Positions 38,809 through 48,937 of a stretch of 64,000 nucleotides of DNA are shown in pieces. Location of the stretch: positions 10,486 through 74,485 of the forward strand of contig JBEBRN010000002.1 in NCBI GenBank assembly GCA_040394775.1. Direction: 5' to 3'. The notes under the pieces are model-generated. The model ran no database searches. It had not been told where the DNA came from and saw only the letters and a program-made list of their open reading frames with translations. Origin of the DNA: Taishania pollutisoli (lineage in GTDB: Bacteria > Bacteroidota > Bacteroidia > Flavobacteriales_D > Crocinitomicaceae). Each line of letters starts with the position of its first letter. Position 1 is the first letter of the stretch. Made by a program: the position numbers and the translations under genes.

Positions 38809-40917
38809 TTATCTAGGTAGAGGAGTAGTGTATTTTAAGTAATTTGGATTTGCAGGAGGTGCTGTGTTTGGATCAAATTCCATTGACAATACCCTTGCAT
38901 CTGTACGACGGTTTAACTGGTGTAAACGTTCGAACTCTTTCTTGTCTTTAGTTTTAAATTGATTGATATAAGCTTCTGTTAATCGAACCTCTTTACCATC
39001 CACAATAATTGTTTGTGGAATATCTTCACCTCTACCAATCGGAACGATACGTCTTGGGTCAATTCCTTTTTTCTCTACTAAGTACTTGTAACAAGCTTTA
39101 GCACGGTTATCAGCTAGTACACGGTTATGATTTGCAGAACCACGGCTATCTGTATGAGAATTTAATTCTAAGACCATTCCTGGGTACTCATTTAATAATT
39201 CTAACACATAATCCAATGAGTCTTGAGAATTGATTGTTGTATCTACTAACAAATCCCATTTGTCTAAAGGATAACGTACTTCAGGTAAAGTAAATGTTTT
39301 TTCAGGAACCAATTCTAATTCAATGAAGAAGTTCTGGTCTTGCTCTAAACCTACAGTAGTTATACTAGATGTCTTATTGTTTTCTTTGTATCCTTTAATA
39401 GTACCAATAGCTATTGTATAAGATTGTTCTTCATTAACGAATCTAGTACCATCTGCTTTTTTATCCCAGAAAACCTTTCCTTGTGCGTTGGTTGTTCCAT
39501 TGAATTTCTTTCCGTCTGCCATTGTAACAGTTACAGGAACTCCAGCAATACGCTTTGTTTTTGTTTTATCCCCTACTTCACCAACTACAACTGTTAAGTC
39601 ATAGATGAATGGAGGCAATTCGTACTTCCAGATATCACCTTTATATTCAGAAACATTTCCTTTTCTTTCAGAAGTGAAATATCCTGTTCTTTTATCATAT
39701 TCAATCAAAGCGTAATCATTCCACTTTGTATTGATAGGCATACCGTAGTTTACTGGGTTCTCCCAGCTCATGTCACCTACTTTCTTTGCTTTGAATATAT
39801 CCAAACCACCATGTCCAGGTAGTCCATTAGACGCGTAGATTAAATCACCATCTAAAGAGAATGTAGGGAATAACTCATCTGCTTCTGTATTAATACCAGG
39901 ACCTAAGTTAACTGGTGCAGACCAAGCGTCAGCTCTTTTATCATAAGTTGTATACCATAAGTCTCTTCCTCCAAATCCACCAGGGATATCAGAAGCAAAG
40001 ATTAATAATTTACCATCATCAGAAGCACATGGATGTCCTACTGAAAGTGAGTCTGCTGTTTTAAGAATTAACTTAGTTGGAGCACCCCATGTTTTTCCTT
40101 TTAGTTCAGAGACCCAAATGTCACATCCTAAATTTTGCTTTTTCACACCAGGACAACGTGTAAAGAACATTGTTTTTCCTCTGTTTGCATAAGAAACAGT
40201 TCCTTCGTTGTCTTCTGTATTAATTCCTTCACCTTCAATTGGAACTGGTTTAGTCCAGTTTCCTTTTTTATCTAGCTCAGCTACCCATAAGTCAAAATAG
40301 GGCTCACATGTTCTTGGATCAGTTTCTTTAAATTCCGATTTTGTTTGAGAAAATGTCATTTGAATTTGCTTTCTATCTCCAAACATTGGTGCCATTTCCC
40401 AACCAGAACTATTAATTTTAGCTTGATTTGTAACGGTATATCTTGAAGTTTTAGACAAAGCTCTTTGCTTTATAGTAGCTAAACCATTTTCTGCACGAGC
40501 ATCTCCAGGAGAAATATTTAAGTATTCTTCGAAGTTCTTTTTTGCTTTTACATCATCTCCCATTATAAGGTACATATCACCATTATATAAGAAGACTTCT
40601 GGACTCACTTTCTGATACTTTAATATAATTGCTTTTTCGTACCATTCTGAGGCTTCTTTTGGATTTTCTGTCATTCTATAACATTCACCCGTTTTGAAAG
40701 CCATTTCTCCCTTTTGCTTCAGTGCCCCAGCTGATTTGCGGACAATTTTACTGTAAGCTGTTGCACATTTGGGAGCTCCATCACAGAATTCTTGATTTCT
40801 GAATGCTTTTCTAGCTAACTCTATGTGATTTCTTTGAGCGAAAGTCACAGATACAGCACCAAAAACAACAATTGTTGCTAATGCTTTTATATTCATAGTA
40901 ACGTATTTTTTTATCAT
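38809..40917 (-). CDS. OmpA-family protein with TPR, PD40/TolB-like beta-propeller and CarboxypepD_reg-like regions
   Basis: The C-terminus NSHTDSRGSANHNRVLADNRAKA is the OmpA peptidoglycan-binding motif, with TPR-like and WD40-like repeats upstream. The start could equally be the MNIKAL codon at 40896. Confidence 0.85.
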   Translation of the reverse strand: MIKKYVTMNIKALATIVVFGAVSVTFAQRNHIELARKAFRNQEFCDGAPKCATAYSKIVRKSAGALKQKGEMAFKTGECYRMTENPKEASEWYEKAIILKYQKVSPEVFLYNGDMYLIMGDDVKAKKNFEEYLNISPGDARAENGLATIKQRALSKTSRYTVTNQAKINSSGWEMAPMFGDRKQIQMTFSQTKSEFKETDPRTCEPYFDLWVAELDKKGNWTKPVPIEGEGINTEDNEGTVSYANRGKTMFFTRCPGVKKQNLGCDIWVSELKGKTWGAPTKLILKTADSLSVGHPCASDDGKLLIFASDIPGGFGGRDLWYTTYDKRADAWSAPVNLGPGINTEADELFPTFSLDGDLIYASNGLPGHGGLDIFKAKKVGDMSWENPVNYGMPINTKWNDYALIEYDKRTGYFTSERKGNVSEYKGDIWKYELPPFIYDLTVVVGEVGDKTKTKRIAGVPVTVTMADGKKFNGTTNAQGKVFWDKKADGTRFVNEEQSYTIAIGTIKGYKENNKTSSITTVGLEQDQNFFIELELVPEKTFTLPEVRYPLDKWDLLVDTTINSQDSLDYVLELLNEYPGMVLELNSHTDSRGSANHNRVLADNRAKACYKYLVEKKGIDPRRIVPIGRGEDIPQTIIVDGKEVRLTEAYINQFKTKDKKEFERLHQLNRRTDARVLSMEFDPNTAPPANPNYLKYTTPLPR

Positions 40918-41032
40918 ACAATCAGTAAGTAATTTGTTATAACCAACTTAGAAAACGGCTCTAATGTAATAATTTTTTTTTAAATAACAGTTTTTCCTTA
41001 TTTTTTTACGGTATATAAATGAATAAGTTATC

Positions 41033-42064
41033 CTATTTGTTGAATTTTTTTATTTTTTCTAATAATATTTGGAATCCATTTGGAATTTCTGATTCAAAAA
41101 GTAATTCTTTTTTTGTCGTTGGATGAACAAATCCCAATGTCTTCGCATGAAGAGCTTGCCCATCGATTAAGTTGAAACAGTTTTTGATGAATTGTTTATA
41201 GTTTGCCGTGTTTGGACCAACTAAAACACTATCACCACCATATTCTAAATCGTGAAATAAAGGATGTCCGATATGTTTCATGTGAACGCGTATTTGATGT
41301 GTTCTTCCTGTTTCTAATATACATTCTACCAAGGTGAAATATTGAAACCGTTCGATTACTTTATAATGTGTGATAGCTAGTTTACCATCCGCTTCATTAT
41401 CAAAGACGGTAATTACTTTTCTGTTTTTATGTGAACGCCCTAAATAGTTGGTAATTGTCCCTTCATCTTCTTTTACATTTCCCCAAACTAATGCCCAGTA
41501 TTTTCTTTTGGTTGTTTTTTCATAAAATTGCTTGGCTAAATTGGTAAGGGCATATTCTGTTTTGGCAATCACTAATAAGCCAGTAGTGTGTTTATCGATA
41601 CGGTGTACTAACCCAGGGCGACCATAAAAACCTTCTTTCTTTTCTGGAAGATTTTGAAAATGATACATCATTGCATTTACAAGTGTTCCTGTGTAATTTC
41701 CATACGCTGGATGAACGACCATGTTAGAAGGTTTATAAACGATTGCTAATTCATCGTCCTCATAAACGATTTCAATAGGTATGTTCTCAGGTATTAATTC
41801 AATTTCTCGAACTGGGTATGGCATGACAATCGAAATGATGTCATCTGGTTTTACTTTGTAATTCTGTTTAATTGCTACTTTATTAGCGAGTACGTTGCCA
41901 GATTTACAAGAGTTTTGAATTCTATTTCGAGAAGTATTGGGCATTCGGTCAATGAGAAATTTGTCGACACGAACCATTTCTTGACCTTTATCAACATTAA
42001 AAGTATAATGTTCAAATAATTCTTCTGATTGATCTTCTGTTTGTTCTTGTTCCTCGTATTGCAC
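41033..42064 (-). CDS. rluD: RluA-family 23S rRNA pseudouridine synthase (RluD-like)
   Basis: N-terminal S4 domain (VRVDKFLIDRM) and the catalytic HRIDKHTTGLLVIAKT motif. Confidence 0.88.
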   Translation of the reverse strand: MQYEEQEQTEDQSEELFEHYTFNVDKGQEMVRVDKFLIDRMPNTSRNRIQNSCKSGNVLANKVAIKQNYKVKPDDIISIVMPYPVREIELIPENIPIEIVYEDDELAIVYKPSNMVVHPAYGNYTGTLVNAMMYHFQNLPEKKEGFYGRPGLVHRIDKHTTGLLVIAKTEYALTNLAKQFYEKTTKRKYWALVWGNVKEDEGTITNYLGRSHKNRKVITVFDNEADGKLAITHYKVIERFQYFTLVECILETGRTHQIRVHMKHIGHPLFHDLEYGGDSVLVGPNTANYKQFIKNCFNLIDGQALHAKTLGFVHPTTKKELLFESEIPNGFQILLEKIKKFNK

Positions 42065-42091
42065 TTTGTTTTCTATTATTCTAAGTTAAGA

Positions 42092-43084
42092 TTACTCTAT
42101 TTCAAATTCTTTTTCGAGTGATTGAATAATTGCGAATGTTTCCATGATTTCTTCTAGTTCATAAGAAGTTACAAGTTTCATTCTGTACTCTTTGAAATGA
42201 GGAATACCTTTAAAATAGTTGGAATAATGACGTTTCATTTCTGCAATCCCTAATTTTGTTCCTTTCCATTGAATGGACATTTCAAGATGCGTCTTGGCTG
42301 CATCAATTCTTTCTGCTAATGTTGGCTTGGCTAAATGCTCACCCGTATTCAGATAGTGTCTTATTTCTCTAAATACCCACGGATAACCTATGCTAGCACG
42401 GCCAATCATCACGCCATCGACACCATATCTTTCTTTGTATGTTTTTGCTTTTTCAGGTGAATCAATATCTCCATTACCAAAGACTGGAATTTTCATTCGT
42501 GGATTGTTTTTCACATCTCCGATTAATGTCCAGTCTGCTTCACCTTTGTACATCTGTTTACGTGTTCTTCCATGTATGGAGATGGCTTCAATTCCTACAT
42601 CTTGTAATCTTTCAGCAGTTTCAACTATATATTTGGTATTGTCGTCCCAACCTAATCGTGTTTTAACAGTAACTGGTAAATTAGTATTTTTCACTAGTTC
42701 TTCTGTCATCTTTACCATTTTGGGAATGTCCAATAATATACCTGCTCCAGCACCTTTACAGGTTACTTTCTTTACAGGACAACCAAAATTGATGTCAATA
42801 ATATCAGGATTTGTCTTTTCAATGATTTGAACGGCTTGCCTCATGCTTTCAATATCATAACCGAATACTTGGATTCCTACTGGACGTTCGTACTCGTAAA
42901 TATCTAGTTTTTTAACACTTTTTGCCGCATCTCTTATAAGACCTTCTGAAGAGATAAATTCGGTGTACATTAAATCGGCGCCATGTTTTTTACACAGTGC
43001 ACGGAACGGAGGATCACTTACATCTTCCATCGGCGCAAGCAATAATGGAAAATCTCCTAATTCTATATTTCTGATTTTAACCAC
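42092..43084 (-). CDS. dusB: tRNA dihydrouridine synthase
   Basis: LAPMEDVSDPPFR, NFGCP and ISIHGRT motifs of the Dus TIM barrel. Confidence 0.9.
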   Translation of the reverse strand: MVKIRNIELGDFPLLLAPMEDVSDPPFRALCKKHGADLMYTEFISSEGLIRDAAKSVKKLDIYEYERPVGIQVFGYDIESMRQAVQIIEKTNPDIIDINFGCPVKKVTCKGAGAGILLDIPKMVKMTEELVKNTNLPVTVKTRLGWDDNTKYIVETAERLQDVGIEAISIHGRTRKQMYKGEADWTLIGDVKNNPRMKIPVFGNGDIDSPEKAKTYKERYGVDGVMIGRASIGYPWVFREIRHYLNTGEHLAKPTLAERIDAAKTHLEMSIQWKGTKLGIAEMKRHYSNYFKGIPHFKEYRMKLVTSYELEEIMETFAIIQSLEKEFEIE

Positions 43085-43095
43085 GAAGGAAAGTA

Positions 43096-43120
43096 AAAAG
43101 AGCTACCGGAAGGTAGCTCT
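43096..43120 (-). terminator. Rho-independent terminator after infB
   Basis: AGAGCTACC-ggaa-GGTAGCTCT forms a perfect 9-bp stem. On the minus strand it is followed by TTTTT. Confidence 0.75.
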
Positions 43121-43127
43121 AATTTGA

Positions 43128-45974
43128 TTATAATTTTCTAGCTACTTCAACCTCTTCAAAGGCTTCAATGATATCGCCTATTTTGATATTGTTGTATTTG
43201 TCTAAGTTCAAACCACATTCAAATCCACGTTTGACTTCTTTTTGGTCATCTTTATATCGCTTCAATGAACCTAAGCTTCCAGTGTGAATTACAATTCCAT
43301 CACGAATTACACGTACTCTTGATGTTCTTTTAATTACACCATCTAATACAAAGCATCCAGCAATTGTTCCCACTTTCGTAATGTCAAATGTTTCTCTAAT
43401 TTCTGCAGAACCAAGTATTTTTTCTTGGATATCTGGAGAAAGCATTCCTTCCATTGCCGCTTTAATTTCTTCAATTGCTTTGTAGATAACAGAGTATAGT
43501 CGGATATCAATATTCTCTTCATCTGCTAATCTTCTTGAAGCTACTGTTGGACGAACTTGGAAACCAATAATAATAGCGTCTGAAGCAGAAGCTAAGTTAA
43601 CGTCAGCTTCGGAAATTGCTCCAACACCTTTGTGTACAATTCGGATGGCAATTTCTTCCGTTGATAAGTTCAGTAATGAATCAGATAATGCTTCGATTGA
43701 ACCATCCACGTCACCTTTGATAATCAAGTTCAACTCTTTGAAATCACCAATCGCTAAACGACGTCCAATTTCTTCAAGAGTAATGTGTTTACTTGTACGT
43801 AACCCTTGCTCTCTATGTAATTGCTCACGTTTGGCAGCAATGATTCTCGCTTCTTTTTCATCGTCTAAAATATGGAATTTTTCACCGGCACTTGGCGCAC
43901 CATTGATTCCTAATATGGATACAGGAGTGGATGGTGGCGCTTCTTTTAATTTAACACCTTTCTCATCTACCATTGCTCTTACACGTCCATAGTGACGACC
44001 TACTAAAACAACGTCTCCAACTTTCATTGTTCCTGACTCAACAAGTACGTTTGTTACGTAACCTTTTCCTTTATCTAAAGAAGATTCAATTACGGTTCCA
44101 ATGGCATTTTTATCTGGATTTGCCTTTAAGTCAAGTACGTCTGCTTCAAGCAATACTTTTTCTAAAAGTTCCTTAATATTTAAACCTTTTTTAGCGGATA
44201 TTTCTTGGCACTGGTAAGGACCACCCCATTCTTCCACTAAAATATTCATAACAGAAAGTTGCTCTCTAATTTTATCAGGATTTGCTCCCTCTTTATCAAT
44301 CTTATTGATAGCAAAAATCATTGGTACGTTTGCAGCTTGAGCGTGGGCAATCGCCTCTTTTGTTTGCGGCATCACATCATCATCAGCTGCGACGATTATA
44401 ATAGCTACGTCTGTCACTTGGGCTCCTCTGGCACGCATTGCTGTAAATGCCTCGTGACCTGGTGTATCAAGGAAGGTCAATTTGCGACCATCTTCCAACT
44501 TAAGTGAGTAAGCTCCAATATGTTGTGTAATTCCCCCTGCTTCATGTAGTGAGATATCTGAATTACGAATTCTATCCAACAAAGATGTTTTACCGTGGTC
44601 AACGTGTCCCATTACAGTAATAATCGGTGGGCGAGGTTTTAAGTCTTCTTCTTTATCTTCAACAATTGGAAGATTTTCGGTCAATTCAGCTGCAACGAAG
44701 TTTGTTTCATAGCCAAATTCATCTGCGACTACCTGAATTGTCTCCGCATCTAATCGTTGGTTGATAGATGCAAAAATTCCTAATGACATACAAACAGAAA
44801 TAACTTGTGTTGGCTGTATGTCCATCATTGTTGCGAGTTCAGAAACAGTTACAAATTCTGTTAGTTGTAAGATTTTCTCTTCTCTTTCCGCTTCCAATTG
44901 CTCTTGTTCCATTCTATGAGCAATGTTTGCGCGTTTTTCTCTTCTTAGTTTAGAACCTTTTGACTTAGAACCTTTTGAGGATAATCTAGCCAGCGTTTCT
45001 TTAATTTCCTTCTGAATATCTTTTTCAGTGATAGGTTCGTGCTTTGGAGCTGGCTTGAATTTACCGCCAGTATGCGTACCACTTTTCTTTTTATCGTCTG
45101 TTTGAGGAGCTTTTGTAGCGTCTCCTTTTACATCACCTGTTTTCTTAATTCTCTTCCTTTTTTTCTTTAAATCATTTGATTTATTCGCAGAATGTGAGGA
45201 GGAAGCTACTTTTTGTCTCTCAGCAGGTAATTCCATTTTACCAAGAATGGTTGGACCTGCTAGTTTTTTTGTTGAAACACGAATAGTCTCGATTTCAGGA
45301 GCCGTTTCTTTTTCAGGAGCTTTCGCTTCTTCTTTTTCAACTACAGGAGGGACAACTATTTCTTCTTTTTTCTCTTCTTTCTTCGGAACGACTTCTTCTA
45401 CCTTTTTTTCCTCTTTTTTAACAATAGGAGCAGGAGCTTTAGTGTCGTCTTTCTTTTTCTTATCAGGTCTAGTCTTTGGGTTGATTTTATCTAAATCAAT
45501 TTTACCCAGAACATTCAAATGCATACTACCTGCCTCTTCCTTTACTTCTTCTTTAGCAGGTGCTTCTTTGATAGGCTCTTCTTTTACTGGCTCTTCTTTT
45601 GCTGGTTGCTCAATAGCAGGTTCTGCTTTTGTTTCAGCATCAACAGTTGGCTCTTTGGTTAACTTAGATTTAAGGTGTTCGATATCTAATTCATCTTCAT
45701 CTTCAGCCGATGCATTCTCTTCTTTTGGTTTATTATCATCCAAACTAATCGTCTCTCTTCGCTCTCTTTTCAAAGACGTTTGTTTTGTCTTTTCTTTCAG
45801 CAAAAGATCATTTGCAAATTGTTTTTGAAGTGCTTCATATTGCTCTCCTTCAATCTTAGTGTTTGGATTGCTATCAATCTCTTGACCTTGCCCACTAAGA
45901 AAATCAACAATTGTGGAGATAGAAACATTTAGTTCACTCGCTACCCTACTTAATCTATGTGTTTTTCCGGCCAT
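43128..45974 (-). CDS. infB: Translation initiation factor IF-2
   Basis: G-domain [17 protein letters not shown] and NKID, with a long K/E/P-rich low-complexity N-terminus. 948 aa. Confidence 0.97.
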   Translation of the reverse strand: MAGKTHRLSRVASELNVSISTIVDFLSGQGQEIDSNPNTKIEGEQYEALQKQFANDLLLKEKTKQTSLKRERRETISLDDNKPKEENASAEDEDELDIEHLKSKLTKEPTVDAETKAEPAIEQPAKEEPVKEEPIKEAPAKEEVKEEAGSMHLNVLGKIDLDKINPKTRPDKKKKDDTKAPAPIVKKEEKKVEEVVPKKEEKKEEIVVPPVVEKEEAKAPEKETAPEIETIRVSTKKLAGPTILGKMELPAERQKVASSSHSANKSNDLKKKRKRIKKTGDVKGDATKAPQTDDKKKSGTHTGGKFKPAPKHEPITEKDIQKEIKETLARLSSKGSKSKGSKLRREKRANIAHRMEQEQLEAEREEKILQLTEFVTVSELATMMDIQPTQVISVCMSLGIFASINQRLDAETIQVVADEFGYETNFVAAELTENLPIVEDKEEDLKPRPPIITVMGHVDHGKTSLLDRIRNSDISLHEAGGITQHIGAYSLKLEDGRKLTFLDTPGHEAFTAMRARGAQVTDVAIIIVAADDDVMPQTKEAIAHAQAANVPMIFAINKIDKEGANPDKIREQLSVMNILVEEWGGPYQCQEISAKKGLNIKELLEKVLLEADVLDLKANPDKNAIGTVIESSLDKGKGYVTNVLVESGTMKVGDVVLVGRHYGRVRAMVDEKGVKLKEAPPSTPVSILGINGAPSAGEKFHILDDEKEARIIAAKREQLHREQGLRTSKHITLEEIGRRLAIGDFKELNLIIKGDVDGSIEALSDSLLNLSTEEIAIRIVHKGVGAISEADVNLASASDAIIIGFQVRPTVASRRLADEENIDIRLYSVIYKAIEEIKAAMEGMLSPDIQEKILGSAEIRETFDITKVGTIAGCFVLDGVIKRTSRVRVIRDGIVIHTGSLGSLKRYKDDQKEVKRGFECGLNLDKYNNIKIGDIIEAFEEVEVARKL

Positions 45975-46013
45975 ATATACTTTTTACACTACCCCATGTG
46001 GTAGCAATTAAAA

Positions 46014-47252
46014 TTAATTATCAAACTCAGAACGAAGTATCTTCTGAACTTCAAGAATGGTCTCTTCTTCTAAATCTGTTCTGCTTACTAATTCAGTAGC
46101 ACTCATTTCTAAAACAGCTTTAGCAGTATCACAACCAATTGCCTTCAATTCGTCAATAATCCATCCGTCAATTTCATCCGCAAAATCTTCTAAATCAACA
46201 TCATCATCGTCGCTATCCATTTCTCTAAATACGTCAATTTCGTATCCAGTTAACTTAGCTGCTAATTTAATATTGTTTCCTCCCTTACCAATAGCAAGAG
46301 AAACTTGATCTGCTTTTAAAGAAACTTTAGCTGTTTTTTCTTCTTCGTTTAATTCGATTTCAGAAATTTTAGCTGGCGCTAAAGCTCTTTGAATCAACAA
46401 ACTATTATTTGTTGTATAATTTATTACGTCAATATTTTCATTTCTCAACTCACGAACGATTCCGTGAATACGCGAACCTTTCATTCCTACGCAAGCACCT
46501 ACTGGATCGATTCTATCATCGTATGACTCCACCGCTACTTTCGCTCTTTCTCCTGGTTCACGAACAATTTTCTTGATAGTGATTAAACCATCAAAAATTT
46601 CAGGAACTTCTAGTTCGAATAATCGCTCTAAGAATTCTGGAGCTGCTCTTGATAGCGTAATTGTAGGGCGTGAATTACGCATGTCTACTTTTGCTACAAC
46701 AGCACGAACACTTTCTCCTTTCTTAAAGAAGTCAGAAGGAATTTGTTCGCTTTTTGGTAATACTAACTCATTACCATCATCGTCTAATACTAAAATTTCT
46801 TTCTTCCAAACTTGGTAAACTTCACCTGTGATGATTTCTCCAATAAGGTCTTTGTAAACTTTATAAACGTTGTCTTTCTCTAATTCCAATACTTTTGAAA
46901 TTAGGTTTTGACGAAGTGTAAGAATATTTCTTCTTCCAAAGTCTTCAAACTTGAATTCTTCAGATAACGATTCACCTACTTCAAAATCCGGTTCGGTTTT
47001 GATGGCATCTGAATAAGCTATTTCAGTATACTCGTCTTCGACTTCTCCATCCATCACAATTTCTTTATTGATGAAGATTTGAACGTCTCCTTTGTCAATG
47101 TTTACAATAACATCGATGTGCTCGTCGGTATTGAACTTCTTCTTTAGCATAGAACGAAAAACGTCTTCTAAGACGCGTTGCATCGTTTGCTTGTCGATGT
47201 TCTTTAATTCTTTAAATTCCGAAAATGATTCTACTAATTCTAAGCTATTCAT
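46014..47252 (-). CDS. nusA: Transcription termination/antitermination factor NusA
   Basis: S1 and KH domains (GACVGMKGSRI, AIGKGGNNI), in the conserved rimP-nusA-infB order. Confidence 0.96.
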   Translation of the reverse strand: MNSLELVESFSEFKELKNIDKQTMQRVLEDVFRSMLKKKFNTDEHIDVIVNIDKGDVQIFINKEIVMDGEVEDEYTEIAYSDAIKTEPDFEVGESLSEEFKFEDFGRRNILTLRQNLISKVLELEKDNVYKVYKDLIGEIITGEVYQVWKKEILVLDDDGNELVLPKSEQIPSDFFKKGESVRAVVAKVDMRNSRPTITLSRAAPEFLERLFELEVPEIFDGLITIKKIVREPGERAKVAVESYDDRIDPVGACVGMKGSRIHGIVRELRNENIDVINYTTNNSLLIQRALAPAKISEIELNEEEKTAKVSLKADQVSLAIGKGGNNIKLAAKLTGYEIDVFREMDSDDDDVDLEDFADEIDGWIIDELKAIGCDTAKAVLEMSATELVSRTDLEEETILEVQKILRSEFDN

Positions 47253-47259
47253 TGCTTAA

Positions 47260-47736
47260 CTATTTAAATTGTATAACAACTTTTATTTCCTTCACAGCAG
47301 ACATTTCCACTGTTTCTTCTTTATTTATTTTTATTTTCTTCTTACTTCCTTCTGGTTTCTCAACAACTTCGTACTGGATTTTAACCTTTTCCTCAGTCGC
47401 TTCTAAAAGTGTTCCTTCTTGCTTTCTACCATCGAGGAAAACAACTTCAATGATTCGTCCTATGTTCTTTTGAAATTGTCGTGGATGTCTCAATGGTTTG
47501 TCTAATCCTGCTGACGAAACACTAAGTGCAAAATCATCTACTTCTCGATCTAAATTGTGTTCTACATTTCGAGAAACTGAAACACATTCATCAATAGAAA
47601 CACCACCAGTGTCTTTGTCTAATTCGATAGATATAGCATTGGTAGATGAAATCTTCATTTCTACAATAAACAAATCAGAATTTAATTCTAAAATGCGCTC
47701 TTCTGCTAACTTTCGTACTAACTTTTTATCAATCAT
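47260..47736 (-). CDS. rimP: Ribosome maturation factor RimP
   Basis: ~158 aa immediately upstream of nusA. I prefer the internal Met MIDKKLVRKL over the track start at 47775. Confidence 0.88.
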   Translation of the reverse strand: MIDKKLVRKLAEERILELNSDLFIVEMKISSTNAISIELDKDTGGVSIDECVSVSRNVEHNLDREVDDFALSVSSAGLDKPLRHPRQFQKNIGRIIEVVFLDGRKQEGTLLEATEEKVKIQYEVVEKPEGSKKKIKINKEETVEMSAVKEIKVVIQFK

Positions 47737-47872
47737 AAAATACCAAAAGAGGGGATACAACATCCCCTCGTTCAAAATTGTAGTGCAAATTTAATCATTT
47801 TTTTAATAGCTTGCAAAAATATTTTTAATTAGCGATGATTTAATTTGAATTATTTGTTTAGTTTAAGCTGCT

Positions 47873-48859
47873 TTAAATGAATTTTTGTTGTAGCAGATAT
47901 TCAGCAATTTGAATTGTATTCGTGGCCGCTCCTTTTCTTAAGTTGTCGGCAACAATCCATAAATTAAGTGTGTTTTCTTGCGTTTCATCTCTACGAATGC
48001 GACCAACAAAAACGTCGTCTTTTCCCTGCGCGTATTTGGGCATTGGATAGATATTTGTATCTGGATTGTCCTTTACTTCCACGCCTTTTGCGACACGTAA
48101 TGCTTTGCGAACGTCTTCTAAATCAAAATCGTTTTCAAATTCGATATTAACGGACTCAGAGTGCCCTCCTACAACTGGAACTCGAACAGCAGTGGCAGAT
48201 ACTTTTATGGACGGATCTAATATTTTTTTGGTTTCATTGGTCAGTTTCATTTCTTCTTTGGTATATCCGTTATCCAAAAAGGTGTCGCAGTGCGGAATGC
48301 AATTTTGGTCAATAGGATAAGGGTAAGCCATTTCACTACTGATATTATTCCGTTCATTTGTCATTTGCTCCATTGCCTTAACGCCTGTTCCTGTAACGGA
48401 TTGATAAGTGGAGACAATGACTCTTTTGATGGTGTATTTCTTATGAAGAGGTGCTAGTACCATTAGCAATTGAACAGTACTACAATTTGGATTGGCAATG
48501 ATTTTATCATCAACTGTTAGTTCTTTTCCATTTACTTCAGGTATGATGAGTTTTTTCGTATCATCCATTCGCCAAGCGGAACTATTATCAATAACAATGG
48601 TGCCTTTTTCGGCAAAGGCAGGTGCGTAATCTAAAGACGTTTGACCTCCAGCAGAAAACAAAGCGATATCAGGAGCTGCGTCAATGGCTTCTTGCAAACT
48701 GTAAATGCGATGCTCTTGACCGTCGTATGATATTGTTTTACCGACTGACTTTTCAGAAGCGACTAAAATTAAATCAGTTACAGGAAATTTTCGTTCTTTT
48801 AGAACTTCAAGCATTATACTTCCTACCATTCCTGTTGCTCCAACGACTGCTACTTTCAT
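47873..48859 (-). CDS. asd: Aspartate-semialdehyde dehydrogenase
   Basis: VAVVGATGMVG Rossmann motif, catalytic ANPNCSTVQL and GGHSESV. Confidence 0.95.
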   Translation of the reverse strand: MKVAVVGATGMVGSIMLEVLKERKFPVTDLILVASEKSVGKTISYDGQEHRIYSLQEAIDAAPDIALFSAGGQTSLDYAPAFAEKGTIVIDNSSAWRMDDTKKLIIPEVNGKELTVDDKIIANPNCSTVQLLMVLAPLHKKYTIKRVIVSTYQSVTGTGVKAMEQMTNERNNISSEMAYPYPIDQNCIPHCDTFLDNGYTKEEMKLTNETKKILDPSIKVSATAVRVPVVGGHSESVNIEFENDFDLEDVRKALRVAKGVEVKDNPDTNIYPMPKYAQGKDDVFVGRIRRDETQENTLNLWIVADNLRKGAATNTIQIAEYLLQQKFI

Positions 48860-48937
48860 ATCAAAAAATATAGAAATTGACTAAATTATTTTTTCTAAAT
48901 CTCAAAATTAGTACATTTATCGTGTTTTATTGTGCTT

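Noticed and set aside
42390-42830. Long antisense ORFs inside dusB, feoB (27371-27781), pgk (6791-7150), the M20 dipeptidase gene (22179-22502), infB (43630-43992) and the first RND permease (34212-34517).
   Set aside because: Each is fully contained in a strongly supported gene on the other strand, and none has a recognisable domain.
45247-45828. 193-aa plus-strand ORF rich in Ser/Phe/Gly.
   Set aside because: It lies entirely antisense to the K/E/P-rich low-complexity N-terminus of infB. It is a compositional shadow ORF with no start context of its own.
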